From a virus (taxonomy: Duplodnaviria; Heunggongvirae; Uroviricota; Caudoviricetes): 64,000 nucleotides of DNA. The translations under genes were made by a program, and so were the position numbers. Below are positions 15,719-26,190 of this stretch, piece by piece. The notes below the pieces were generated by a model. That model did no database searches. It was not told the DNA's origin and was given only the letters and a program-made list of their open reading frames with translations. The stretch's first letter is position 1, and each line of letters starts with the position of its first letter. The stretch is taken from positions 32,001 through 96,000 of the IMG/VR virus record IMGVR_UViG_3300037424_001372. One strand, given 5' to 3'.

Positions 15719-18661
15719 ATGAGCGATGAATTTGATTTAGAATTAGATAATACATCAAAAGAAAAGGGATTTGATATAAATCCTAATTTGAATGATGAGA
15801 GTGATAAATTTCCAGACCACGTTCCTTTAGTTCCAATAGATACGCAAAGAGAAAAAGAAAAAGAAGAAACTCGTAAATTAGCAAAAAAACTTCGCAATAA
15901 AAGTGGTAATGCTGAACCTATTATTATTACTAAGGCAGGTGTAATAAAAAAAGCTAGTGAATTAACTGTATTTGAACAAGAAGATGAAATTGTTCAATGT
16001 GTTACAGACCCAATATATTTTATTGAGACTTATTTAACAATATTTGACCAAACTCAAGGTATTGCCGGTATGATAGTGCCTTTTAAGCTATTTGATTATC
16101 AAAAAGATTTAATAAGAACATATTTAGATGAAAGATTTGTTGTGGCCAACAAATATCGTCAGGCAGGTATTTCAACCACCACATGTGCATATATCGCTTG
16201 GTATGTAATGTTTAACAAAAACAGACAAGTTGCAATTGTAGCAGATAAACTTGAAACTGCTATGGGTGAGTTAATGTCGGATGTTGTTGATTTTATTGAA
16301 AGTTGTCCCAAATGGTTAAAACCTAAAACAGGTAAAGCAAGTGAAAAGAATTTAAAAGATACTCAAAAACTAAAAATCTACGATAATGAATCTAAATTAG
16401 GTGCATTTGCATCAAAATCATTACGTGGTTATACACCTACGTTATTATTTTGGGATGAGACAGCTTGGGCTGAAAAAGGAGATAAATTCTGGACAGCAGC
16501 ATTACCCTCTCTAGTAACTGGAGGTAGGGCAATTATGGTTTCTTGTGTTACTAAAGATACTTACATATATACTAATAAAGGCATTAAACAAATTAAAGAT
16601 TTTATTCCAAATGAAGCATTGGGTGCATATATAATCGATGAATATGAAATATTGGGTAAAGATAAATTAAGGAAAGGAACGTTATTTTTTAATAATGGTT
16701 ATGTCGATACATTGAAAATTAAAACAACTTTTTCTGAGTTGGAATCTAGTTATAACCATAAATATTGGGCATATAAAACAAGCGAAAACAAATATGGTAT
16801 ATATAAAACAAATGAACTGGAAGTTGGTGATTATATATCAATACAATATGGGATGAATATTTGGGGTAATAATGATAGTTGTTCGGATTTTAAACCTACG
16901 ATAACACATCATAATAGAAATATTTTTAACACAACAAAAATAACCAAAGATATTGCATATCTTATCGGTTTATATATTTCAGAAGGTTCTGCAATAAAAA
17001 AAAGTAAAAAAAATTATGATTATTATGGTATTACAATTACATGTGGTGACAATATTTCAGGAATATTGAATGCCTTAAATCTTAATTATTCTTGTACAGA
17101 TTCATTACATTATGTAATATCATCATTAAACTTAGTAGAATATTTAAAATATTTGGGATTTGATTTATCAAAAAAAGCACCACAAAAAATAATACCGCCA
17201 AGATTATTCGAAATGAGCCGAGACAATATTATTGCAATGATTCAAGGCATAATGGATGGTGATGGTTGGGTTAGTTATAAAAAAACAAATAAATTATCCG
17301 TTGGCATTGGGCTATCATCAAAAGAACTAATTCAACAATTAAGGATATTATTTGGAAATTTTGGAATATTGACTTATTATAACGAATCATTAACATCACC
17401 AACAAAAATAGTTAATGTTAGTTCTAATAAATATACTATTGAAGCATCGAATTCATATGCATTAAAATATTTTGATGAAATCGGTTTTAGGTTCAATAGA
17501 AAACAGATAAAAAAAGATTTATTTAATATTAATAAATTAAAACATTTGGGTGTTGTCGATAATATACCAAATGGGAAAGAAATCGCATATAAAATTTATA
17601 ATGAAATAAAAAAATATGGTAAATTACAAGAATTAAAAACACATGATATAAAAATTGATGGCTGGATCAGTAGAAAAAAACAAAAATCTAATTCATGTTC
17701 AAGAAAAATGTTATTAAATTTTTTTAATTTAGAAAAAAATAATTTATCGAATAATATACTAAACGAAATAAATCCAATATTATCTAATAATCAATATTGG
17801 ACAAAAATTAAATTAATTGAACGATCTAAGAATTATACATATGATTTTTCATTACCAAATGAACCTGAAGAACCAAATGATTTTCATCATTCTGTAATAT
17901 ATAATCAAATAATTGGCTACCAAACACCATCAGGTCTTGATGCTGTATTCTACAAAACATTTGATGGAGCAAAAAATAAAAAAAATGAAAATAATTTCTA
18001 TGCGGTTGAACTTTGGTGGTATAATGATCCTCGATATAATAAAAATCTATACTGGGTAAAAAACAAAAATAGGGAAAATGAAATTAGAATCGAGGATAAT
18101 GGTCGAACTAAGGAACAACGAATGCAATTGGTTGAAGATGGGTGGGTAGCATCAAATGAATGGTTCGAATCACAAATTAGAAACGCAAATGGTGATATGC
18201 GTAAGGTTGCACAAGAATTATTGTGTGTTTATGGTGATGCATTGTTGACTATAAGAAATAAATCTACAATGAAAATTGAATTTATTTCTATTAGAGATTT
18301 ATATAATAAATTAAAAGAACAAAATAATTCTTCAAAGTTTTTATATGAAAATAAATCAATAAATAAAATGAAATTATTAAATAAAATACTTGCAATTAAT
18401 ATTGAAAAATATAAAACTAGTAGGGCAACATCTATATTTAAAAAAGACTATCCTGAATTAATTAAATTAGTTAATCATCACACCATTGATATGCAGATTT
18501 GTCGGTCAAATAAGATAATGTATGCAAAATTATTGTTTTTAAAAAAATATTATGGTAATATTAACAACATTATTATTAATAATAATGTTATGATATTTAA
18601 TAATAAGACTAGTGATTTTATTGAAAAAGCAAGTAATGCAACAAAAAACATCAATATTTAA
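15719..18661 (+). CDS. terL: Terminase large subunit, N-terminal (ATPase) part, with one cis intein and the N-half of a split intein
   Basis: ANKYRQAGIST Walker A, LFWDETAW Walker B, IMVS|intein|TPSG, VAQELL|CVYGD. Confidence 0.92.
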   Translation: MSDEFDLELDNTSKEKGFDINPNLNDESDKFPDHVPLVPIDTQREKEKEETRKLAKKLRNKSGNAEPIIITKAGVIKKASELTVFEQEDEIVQCVTDPIYFIETYLTIFDQTQGIAGMIVPFKLFDYQKDLIRTYLDERFVVANKYRQAGISTTTCAYIAWYVMFNKNRQVAIVADKLETAMGELMSDVVDFIESCPKWLKPKTGKASEKNLKDTQKLKIYDNESKLGAFASKSLRGYTPTLLFWDETAWAEKGDKFWTAALPSLVTGGRAIMVSCVTKDTYIYTNKGIKQIKDFIPNEALGAYIIDEYEILGKDKLRKGTLFFNNGYVDTLKIKTTFSELESSYNHKYWAYKTSENKYGIYKTNELEVGDYISIQYGMNIWGNNDSCSDFKPTITHHNRNIFNTTKITKDIAYLIGLYISEGSAIKKSKKNYDYYGITITCGDNISGILNALNLNYSCTDSLHYVISSLNLVEYLKYLGFDLSKKAPQKIIPPRLFEMSRDNIIAMIQGIMDGDGWVSYKKTNKLSVGIGLSSKELIQQLRILFGNFGILTYYNESLTSPTKIVNVSSNKYTIEASNSYALKYFDEIGFRFNRKQIKKDLFNINKLKHLGVVDNIPNGKEIAYKIYNEIKKYGKLQELKTHDIKIDGWISRKKQKSNSCSRKMLLNFFNLEKNNLSNNILNEINPILSNNQYWTKIKLIERSKNYTYDFSLPNEPEEPNDFHHSVIYNQIIGYQTPSGLDAVFYKTFDGAKNKKNENNFYAVELWWYNDPRYNKNLYWVKNKNRENEIRIEDNGRTKEQRMQLVEDGWVASNEWFESQIRNANGDMRKVAQELLCVYGDALLTIRNKSTMKIEFISIRDLYNKLKEQNNSSKFLYENKSINKMKLLNKILAINIEKYKTSRATSIFKKDYPELIKLVNHHTIDMQICRSNKIMYAKLLFLKKYYGNINNIIINNNVMIFNNKTSDFIEKASNATKNINI
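16544..17923 (+). mobile_element. Intein with LAGLIDADG endonuclease, ends in Gln
   Basis: CVTKDT...YLIGLYISEG...IQGIMDGDG...IIGYQ|T; removal restores the S-T-P-x-G motif. Confidence 0.88.
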
Positions 18662-19035
18662 TCGAAATAAAAAATCAAATAATATAATTTAAAATATGTT
18701 AAATTTTTATAATGTACATAAATACTGAATATGAAATCTTAAATTCGTCAGGTAATTTTGTTGATTTTGCCGGAATAAGTATGTCTGAAAATAATGTCGG
18801 TTATAAAATAACTCTTGAGAATGGTGATACTATTACCGTAAGTGAAAATCACATATTCATTGCAGGTAATATAAATGTTTTTGTTAAATCAATAATACCC
18901 AATGTGTCATATTTAACAACAATTGATGGAGATTTTTTTGTAACAAATGTTACTAAAATCGATAATTGTGATTTTTATGATATTGTTGATAGTGAAAATG
19001 CAGAATATTTTGCAAATAATATATTAAATCATAAT
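18224..19035 (+). mobile_element. Naturally split intein (short IntN, 108-aa IntC), AceL-TerL type
   Basis: IntN CVYGDALL...IRDLYNKL; separate ORF MYINTEYEIL...TVSENH...ILNHN|CSFLGSG. Confidence 0.85.
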
Positions 19036-20013
19036 TGTTCTTTTCTTGGTTCTGGTGATAACTTTATTGCTGAAGAATATCTTAAACGTATTCAAGAACA
19101 TGAAGTTAGACCACCAATTCGTCAAGAATATCTCGATGGTAACATGTGGATATTTGAAGACTCTATTATTGGCGAAACATACATTATGGCGTTGGATGCA
19201 TCCCCGGGTCATGGTGAAGATAATTCAACGATTAATATTTTAAAAACGTGTGAAATTATTGAAGAAAAGATCGTTACAAAAAATGGTAAAACTAAAAAAA
19301 TAAAAATCAAACGTCATAAAGTTGAGCAAGTTGCAGAATATTATGGTAAAATAAGTCCACAAATATTAGCCGAAATAGCATATCAATATGGTAAACGTTA
19401 TAATGATGCTTATTGTGTCGTTGATGTAACCGGTGGTCATGGTGTTCACACTGTTGAAAAAATGTTAGAAATTGGGTATGAAAATATTCACTATGCCGAA
19501 GTAATTCATAAACCAACCAGAGATAGATTACAAGGTTACATAAAAAAAGGTCAAAAAGTCATGTCTGATGGAGCTATTTCAAACGTAGATTTAATTCCCG
19601 GATTCTTCATTGGTAATAATAGACCTTCGGTACTTCTTGAAATGCAAAGAGCTATTCATTTGGAAGATATTGTTATTAGGTCTAATAGATTATTAAGCGA
19701 ATTAAAGACATTTGTAACTGTCCCCGGAAACAGAGTGGCAGATCATAAGCGTACTTTTCATGATGACAGTATTATGGGACTTTCGATAGGTTTATTCGTA
19801 TTAAATTTTGACATGGCCAGATTTAAACAAAGTAAAGGTGTTGCTGAAAAAATGATTAATGCAATTATTACTAATAACGATATTTCTACCATGAAAATAA
19901 ATAAAGAAATGAAAAATAAACCAACTATTTCACCAAACAGTTCATCACCTTTAAATCCTTATGGAGTTAACTCATGGTTATTTCAAGGAATGAAAAATCT
20001 AAATGAAAGATGA
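18712..20013 (+). CDS. terL: Terminase large subunit, C-terminal nuclease part, preceded by IntC
   Basis: CSFLGSG, MALDASPG, HDDSIM RNase H-like acidic motifs. Confidence 0.9.
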   Translation: MYINTEYEILNSSGNFVDFAGISMSENNVGYKITLENGDTITVSENHIFIAGNINVFVKSIIPNVSYLTTIDGDFFVTNVTKIDNCDFYDIVDSENAEYFANNILNHNCSFLGSGDNFIAEEYLKRIQEHEVRPPIRQEYLDGNMWIFEDSIIGETYIMALDASPGHGEDNSTINILKTCEIIEEKIVTKNGKTKKIKIKRHKVEQVAEYYGKISPQILAEIAYQYGKRYNDAYCVVDVTGGHGVHTVEKMLEIGYENIHYAEVIHKPTRDRLQGYIKKGQKVMSDGAISNVDLIPGFFIGNNRPSVLLEMQRAIHLEDIVIRSNRLLSELKTFVTVPGNRVADHKRTFHDDSIMGLSIGLFVLNFDMARFKQSKGVAEKMINAIITNNDISTMKINKEMKNKPTISPNSSSPLNPYGVNSWLFQGMKNLNER

Positions 20014-20084
20014 AATGTATTTATATATAATCGACTTTTCAATAAAATCTTAGTATTTATAAAAAAATATAAATTATTATAATA

Positions 20085-23000
20085 ATGGCAAACGAAAATA
20101 ATAGTAAGAATACTATATATCAAGAACTAAATAAGTTGTTAAATCTTGATGGCTTTGGGTTTCAGGAATCAAATGCGACAATACATTCTCAAATTCCTGA
20201 AGAATCTAAAATAATTATTAAAGGTAATTCACCAGAAGAAATACATAGAAAAGGACTTGAAATTGAACAAAAAAATAAAATTAAAAACAAGTTCTTTAGA
20301 ACCACTGATAGAAGTTTTCAAAAAGCACTTCAATATGAAGCAGCAAGACTTCCGGCATATATGGATTATGAGGGAATGGAATATTATCCTATCATTTCAT
20401 CCGCTTTAGATTTATTTATGGAGGAAGCAACTACAATAGGTATTAATGGTAAAATGTTAAATGTTCATTCAAACAAAGAAAGAATAAAAACATTATTAGA
20501 AGATTTTTTTTATAATACTGTAAATGTTAATGTTAATCTGCCATTTTGGACGAGGAACGTGGTAAAATATGGTGATGATTTTGTATTATTATACGGTGAA
20601 AGAAAAAAAGGGATTACACATGTCAAACAATTGGTAAATTATGAAATTGAACGTTTTGAACGTATTCAAAATGGTAAATCAATAGTCAAGTTTAAAGAAA
20701 GAATGACTGGTGATGAATTTAATGTTTTTGAAATAGCGCATTTTCGTTTGCTTGGCGATGACAAATATTTACCATATGGAAGTTGTTTATTATCAGATAC
20801 TTATGTAAAAACAAATAAAGGAACCAAACAAATTAAAAATATTGTAAAAGATGATATTGTAATTGGATTTGATATTAAGACACAGAAAAAAATTGAGACA
20901 ACAGTATTAGACACAATTAAAAGTGGTAAAAAGGAAGTATTTAAAATATCAACAAAACATAATTATATAGATTCCTCTAAAGAACATAAATTTTTAATAT
21001 ATGATGATAATATTAATAATTTTAGGTATGAATTTGTTGAAAATTTAAAAATTGGTGATAAATTAATAATTAATGATTCTGATAAGAATGACACAATAAA
21101 AAATATTAATAAAGAAGAAAAGGTTACTATTGATAGATTAAAAAGAAAGTTTCGTTATTATCAAAATATTGATAATATTCCTAATACTATAACAACTGAG
21201 TTCGCCCAATTTATTGGATTTATGTTTGGGGATGGATGGATATCACATAATAAAGACATATCATTTGCACTTGGTGAATATGAAACACAAAATTTAAAAT
21301 ATATAAATTTATTAGAAAAATTTTCTGGTGTTAAACCCAAACTAATTAAACCCAATATTAAAGTTAATTACAATTATTCACAAGTAAATGTTGGTTCTAA
21401 AATGCTGGCAACAATATTGATTGAATTGGGTTTTCATGGTAAGTTTAATGAAAAAAGAATACCTGATTGGATTTTTGATTCGCCTAAAGAAATTAGAGAG
21501 GCATTTTTAGATGGATTTGTTGATGCGGATGGGTCAATATTTATTGATAAATGGGATTGTGTGAGATATTCGATTGAATTGGGAAATAATGAACTTATAA
21601 AAGATTTAAAATATTTGGTTCAATCATTGGGATATAAATCTGGAAAAATTTCTACCAGAAAAAGAATCGATGATAAATTTATTAAAGGAAGAAAAATCAA
21701 TTCAAACACATCACACTATTTTTATTTTTTCAAAACAATAAATAAACAAATAAAAAAGTATGATGTAAATAATAGATTTTCAAATGAATTTATTGTTGAA
21801 CCAATAATTTCAATTGAAAATATTGGAGTACATGATGTTTACGATATACACGTTGATAATGAAAATCATAATTTTTTCGCCAATAATATCGTTGTCCATA
21901 ATTCTGTATTAAATAAAGTTCGTAGAGTTTTCAGACAATTAATAATGGCTGAAGATGCTATGTTAACATATAGAATCATTCGTGCCGGTGAGAAAAAAGT
22001 GTTTAAAATTGATGTGGGTAATATTGATGAGGATGATATTGAAGAATATATTTATAAAGTAGCGACTACATTTAAAAAAGTAAGTCAAGTAAATCCTAAT
22101 GATGGTCAAATTGATTATCGTTTTAATATTTTAGGTAATGATGAAGATTATTTTATACCAGTAAGAAATGCAAATACTCAAACAGGTATTGATACCTTAC
22201 CGGGTGCATGTTTATCTTTAGAAACTAAAATTGAATTACTTGATGGTCGTAGTTTAGAATTAAGCGAAATTATCACAGAATTTAATTCAGGAAAGGAACT
22301 TTGGTCATATTCGATTAATCCTAAATCAGGGCAAATCGTTCCGGGTAAGATTACTTGGGCAGGTGTGACTAGAAAAAATACTGATGTAATTAAAATTACA
22401 TTAGATAATGGAGAATCAATTATATGTACACCTGACCATAAATTCCCAACTAAATTTAATGGTACTAAAGAAGCCAAAGATTTAATTGTTGGTGAATCTA
22501 TGTGGGCTTTTAATAAAAAGAAAAGTATTATAAAGGGCGGTAGTGGAATTGATAATACATATGAAATGATTTACGATCATTCAACGAATGATTGGAGATA
22601 TACTCATAGAATGGTGGCACATTACTTGAAAGAAAATGATTTATGTGAAGTTTTTGCATATAAAATATATGATAATAACATGCAAACAATTCATCATAAA
22701 GATTTTAACAGATATAATAATAGTCCACAGAATATATGTTATATGAATTCTAAAGACCATTTTTACTATCATCACGATTTTGCTAAAGAAATGTATGAAA
22801 CATATTCAGACGAAACAAAATTAATTCATAAAAATCTTAGAAAAACTGGTGTTAAGAATTATTGGGATAATATTACAACTGAAGAATTGCAACAAAAAAA
22901 GGTTGTTGCTAAGAATAATTCGATAAAATCAAGAGATAAGGCGAATAAAACCTTTAATAATAATCCCAATAAAATTAATATTATTAAATTAAGGGGAGAA

Positions 23001-24482
23001 TCAATTAGCAAAATTAAATCACTTGACGATAATAAGACGAAACAATCAGAGATAGCTAAATCTCGATGGAAAAATACTAATTTAAGAGAAATTATTATTG
23101 AGAAACAATCGATAAAATATTCACAAAAATTATTAGATTTATTAATTGGTTATTATAATGAATATGGAAGAATTGATTTAATCCTTGAAAAGAATATTAA
23201 TGTCAATAATTCCGAATGGTTAAATGAATTTAAATCATTGAATTCAAATAATAAACAATTGAATAAAATGACTGAAATTACTCGCAATAACATTGATAAA
23301 ATGTTGAAATATTTCGGTTATTCTAATTGGAATGATTTTAAACATAAAATGCCTTATTATAATCACAAAATAAAGTTAATCGAGTGGTTAGATGAAAAAC
23401 AAAATACTGGTACAATTACTATTGATGGTCAAGAGGAACTACATGATTATCACACATTTGCACTTTCGTGTGGCATTTTTACAAAGAATTCTAATCTTGA
23501 CCAGATTCAAGATATTGAATATCTTCGTGATAATCTATTTATTGGACTTGGTGTGCCTAAACCATTTTTAAGTTTTCAAGATGCTGCTGGTGGTGGTAAA
23601 AACTTAGCACAATATGACATACGTTTTGCTAAAAAAATAAATCGTATTCAACAAGCTATGGTTCAGGAATTAAATAAAATGGCTATAATACATTTATATT
23701 TATTAGGTTATAGTGGTGAAGATTTAAATAGTTTTCAAATAACATTAACCAATCCAAGTACTCAACAAGAATTATTAAAATCTGAATTGTTGAGAGAGAA
23801 AGCACAAACGTATACCGAATTAACTCGTGGCGAAAATGGTATTGCTGCTATGTCACATACAGCAGCAAAGCGATTGGTTTTCAATATGAGTGATAAAGAA
23901 ATTGTTGAAGACTTGAAACAACAAAAAATGGAAAAAGTTGTTATGCAAGAACTTGCAGACTCACCAGTATCAATTAAAAAGAGTGGATTATTTACTGACA
24001 TAGATAAAAGATTTGGTGAGCCTATTGAAGGGATGGCGATTTCGAATGATAATGAAGGTGGAATACAGCCCACTGGAAGTAATGCTGGTTCTCCTATGGG
24101 AGGTGCACCTCAAGGTGATAAACTTGGCGGTACCAATACTTCTCCAATGGGAGGTGAAGCTGGTTCACCTGTGGGGAGTGTTCCACCTAGCGGTGAAATG
24201 GGGGGTACTCCTATGATGGAAAATAGAATGTTGAATAATAGTTATGATAGTCATGTTGAAAAATTAGTATATGGTGACGATAAAGAAATTGAATATGATA
24301 AAAATAAACAAAAAGAAATTATTCAAGAAAATAATCAGATTAATATTAATTTAAATAAAAATGCATTTGAAATGATTAATGAAATTGATCAACTATTAAA
24401 AAATTCTGAAACTATTAATAAAAAATATGGTTCGACTGAAAATGTTGAAGATATTGATTTTGATAATTTAGATGACATTTAA
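20085..24482 (+). CDS. Portal protein (T4 gp20-like) with two inteins
   Basis: AHFRL..PYG, EDAMLTYRIIRAGEKKVFKIDVGN, IDTLPG, DIRFAKKINRIQ. Confidence 0.93.
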   Translation: MANENNSKNTIYQELNKLLNLDGFGFQESNATIHSQIPEESKIIIKGNSPEEIHRKGLEIEQKNKIKNKFFRTTDRSFQKALQYEAARLPAYMDYEGMEYYPIISSALDLFMEEATTIGINGKMLNVHSNKERIKTLLEDFFYNTVNVNVNLPFWTRNVVKYGDDFVLLYGERKKGITHVKQLVNYEIERFERIQNGKSIVKFKERMTGDEFNVFEIAHFRLLGDDKYLPYGSCLLSDTYVKTNKGTKQIKNIVKDDIVIGFDIKTQKKIETTVLDTIKSGKKEVFKISTKHNYIDSSKEHKFLIYDDNINNFRYEFVENLKIGDKLIINDSDKNDTIKNINKEEKVTIDRLKRKFRYYQNIDNIPNTITTEFAQFIGFMFGDGWISHNKDISFALGEYETQNLKYINLLEKFSGVKPKLIKPNIKVNYNYSQVNVGSKMLATILIELGFHGKFNEKRIPDWIFDSPKEIREAFLDGFVDADGSIFIDKWDCVRYSIELGNNELIKDLKYLVQSLGYKSGKISTRKRIDDKFIKGRKINSNTSHYFYFFKTINKQIKKYDVNNRFSNEFIVEPIISIENIGVHDVYDIHVDNENHNFFANNIVVHNSVLNKVRRVFRQLIMAEDAMLTYRIIRAGEKKVFKIDVGNIDEDDIEEYIYKVATTFKKVSQVNPNDGQIDYRFNILGNDEDYFIPVRNANTQTGIDTLPGACLSLETKIELLDGRSLELSEIITEFNSGKELWSYSINPKSGQIVPGKITWAGVTRKNTDVIKITLDNGESIICTPDHKFPTKFNGTKEAKDLIVGESMWAFNKKKSIIKGGSGIDNTYEMIYDHSTNDWRYTHRMVAHYLKENDLCEVFAYKIYDNNMQTIHHKDFNRYNNSPQNICYMNSKDHFYYHHDFAKEMYETYSDETKLIHKNLRKTGVKNYWDNITTEELQQKKVVAKNNSIKSRDKANKTFNNNPNKINIIKLRGESISKIKSLDDNKTKQSEIAKSRWKNTNLREIIIEKQSIKYSQKLLDLLIGYYNEYGRIDLILEKNINVNNSEWLNEFKSLNSNNKQLNKMTEITRNNIDKMLKYFGYSNWNDFKHKMPYYNHKIKLIEWLDEKQNTGTITIDGQEELHDYHTFALSCGIFTKNSNLDQIQDIEYLRDNLFIGLGVPKPFLSFQDAAGGGKNLAQYDIRFAKKINRIQQAMVQELNKMAIIHLYLLGYSGEDLNSFQITLTNPSTQQELLKSELLREKAQTYTELTRGENGIAAMSHTAAKRLVFNMSDKEIVEDLKQQKMEKVVMQELADSPVSIKKSGLFTDIDKRFGEPIEGMAISNDNEGGIQPTGSNAGSPMGGAPQGDKLGGTNTSPMGGEAGSPVGSVPPSGEMGGTPMMENRMLNNSYDSHVEKLVYGDDKEIEYDKNKQKEIIQENNQININLNKNAFEMINEIDQLLKNSETINKKYGSTENVEDIDFDNLDDI
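20784..21902 (+). mobile_element. Intein with LAGLIDADG endonuclease in portal
   Basis: CLLSDT...FIGFMFGDG...FLDGFVDADG...VVHN|S. Confidence 0.9.
22209..23489 (+). mobile_element. Intein with HNH endonuclease in portal
   Basis: CLSLET...CTPDHKF...THRMVA...IHHKDFNRYNN...FTKN|S. Confidence 0.88.
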
Positions 24483-24527
24483 GTTAATTGATAATAATTT
24501 CAGTATTTATAATTAAAATAATTAAAC

Positions 24528-25325
24528 ATGAAAAACATTAATATTGGAATAGCAAATCTAATTTTGTCAAAAAAATTAACCGATTCAACAATTAACAATA
24601 ACCTAATTGTTGAATCTAAAAATAATTTAAGTGATTACATTAACATAATTAAAAATTCTCCAATACTACAATTAGAATTTAAAGTTTATGATAATATTGA
24701 ACATAAACACATTGATAATGATATGTTTATTAAGGAGTATATTAATAATAACATTAAACTATTTGAAGTATATACCATTGAAGAAATTAATATTGAACAT
24801 GCTAAATTACAAAATTTTATCACTGAAGATATCATAAAAAATTTAAATAACGAAAATTATAATTTAGAAAAAGTTAATTTATTTAATTCGATCAATAGTT
24901 TAATAGTTGAATCACTAAAGATTGGTAATGATGTTAATGTTAATGAAATGGTAGAATCTTTCATAGTTGTTTTTAATCACATAAAAAATAATAAACAATC
25001 ATTGGTTGAAAATATTAATGAGAATGTTGTTAATGAAGATGTTATTGAAATTGCCGTGGATAAATTTAATAAAAAATATAAATTACTTGATGAATCTGAT
25101 AAATATTTATTAAATAATTTAATTAAATCATCTGAATCTAATAAAAAAACGATATTTGAAGCATATAAAACCGAAACTTTATCATTATTAGAACAAGCAG
25201 ATAGTGATGATATTCATAATGAAATTACAAGTGCAATAAAAAAGATTAATGAAATGAAATATGATGAAAAAACCATAATAGATACAATCATTAATCTTCA
25301 TGAATTCAAAAAAGAATTACTTTAA
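24528..25325 (+). CDS. Hypothetical head-region protein
   Basis: 265-aa ORF after portal; IVE/ITE/INE motifs. Confidence 0.65.
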   Translation: MKNINIGIANLILSKKLTDSTINNNLIVESKNNLSDYINIIKNSPILQLEFKVYDNIEHKHIDNDMFIKEYINNNIKLFEVYTIEEINIEHAKLQNFITEDIIKNLNNENYNLEKVNLFNSINSLIVESLKIGNDVNVNEMVESFIVVFNHIKNNKQSLVENINENVVNEDVIEIAVDKFNKKYKLLDESDKYLLNNLIKSSESNKKTIFEAYKTETLSLLEQADSDDIHNEITSAIKKINEMKYDEKTIIDTIINLHEFKKELL

Positions 25326-26164
25326 GCTAAATTAGAATTATGTTGTTTAGAATTAGGGCTGCTAAAATTTTTAGCAGCTACTTCTGTTATATCTAATTCT
25401 GAATAACCAAAATTTTCAAACAAATTTTTAAATATTTTATAAACATAATCAATCCCTTCTTTTTCATACCCACCACCTTTTTTAGTAGCATTATTAATAC
25501 TTTCAACATATGATGATGATTGGACATACCCCGGACCTCTATTATAACCAAATAATGCACAACTTGCTAATTTATCGCATCTTTCTGAAATATAATTCAT
25601 GTAAACAAATTGTGCTTTAATCATAATTTCAGGATTATCGATAATATTTTGATGTATAATAGCTCTGTTTTCACGACCAAGGGCATTATCAACAATAAAA
25701 GGGTTTTTAGGTGGTGTTCCATTTGGTGCGAAAGTATATCCATTAACATTTCTACTGATAGCTTTTCTTTCATCATCAGTAAATTTTCCATAAAGACCTC
25801 TCATTATCACATCAAAAACAGTAACTGATATAAATTGGCAAATTCCAGAGGCGGTGCTTGTTTTGGCATAATTCCAAACTTTAAATAATGATTCTTGATA
25901 TGCTTGAGCTGCCAAAATATTAACATCAAGTTGATAAATATTAGCATATTTATTATACCATTTAATTAATGCTTCCCCTAATTCGGAATTCGTTTTAATA
26001 CCACCATTAATATCAGGATTTGATGTCCATATAACATCTATCGATTGTGGTGAACAATACGGTAGAACGTATTTATTTTTACCACTAAGTAATGAATTAC
26101 CATTACCATTACATATTGTACGAATATATTTTTCGGCTTCTGGTTTAAGTTTTACGGCTCCCAT
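25322..26164 (-). CDS. Lytic transglycosylase (SLT/lysozyme-like)
   Basis: QAYQES, ASGICQF and GYNRG motifs. Confidence 0.8.
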   Translation of the reverse strand: MGAVKLKPEAEKYIRTICNGNGNSLLSGKNKYVLPYCSPQSIDVIWTSNPDINGGIKTNSELGEALIKWYNKYANIYQLDVNILAAQAYQESLFKVWNYAKTSTASGICQFISVTVFDVIMRGLYGKFTDDERKAISRNVNGYTFAPNGTPPKNPFIVDNALGRENRAIIHQNIIDNPEIMIKAQFVYMNYISERCDKLASCALFGYNRGPGYVQSSSYVESINNATKKGGGYEKEGIDYVYKIFKNLFENFGYSELDITEVAAKNFSSPNSKQHNSNLA

Positions 26165-26190
26165 AATATTTTATTTTAAATAATTTATTT

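Noticed and set aside
18661-18712. Programmed frameshift or group I intron joining the terminase halves
   Set aside because: No intron core is visible in the 50-nt gap and the split-intein termini explain the break.
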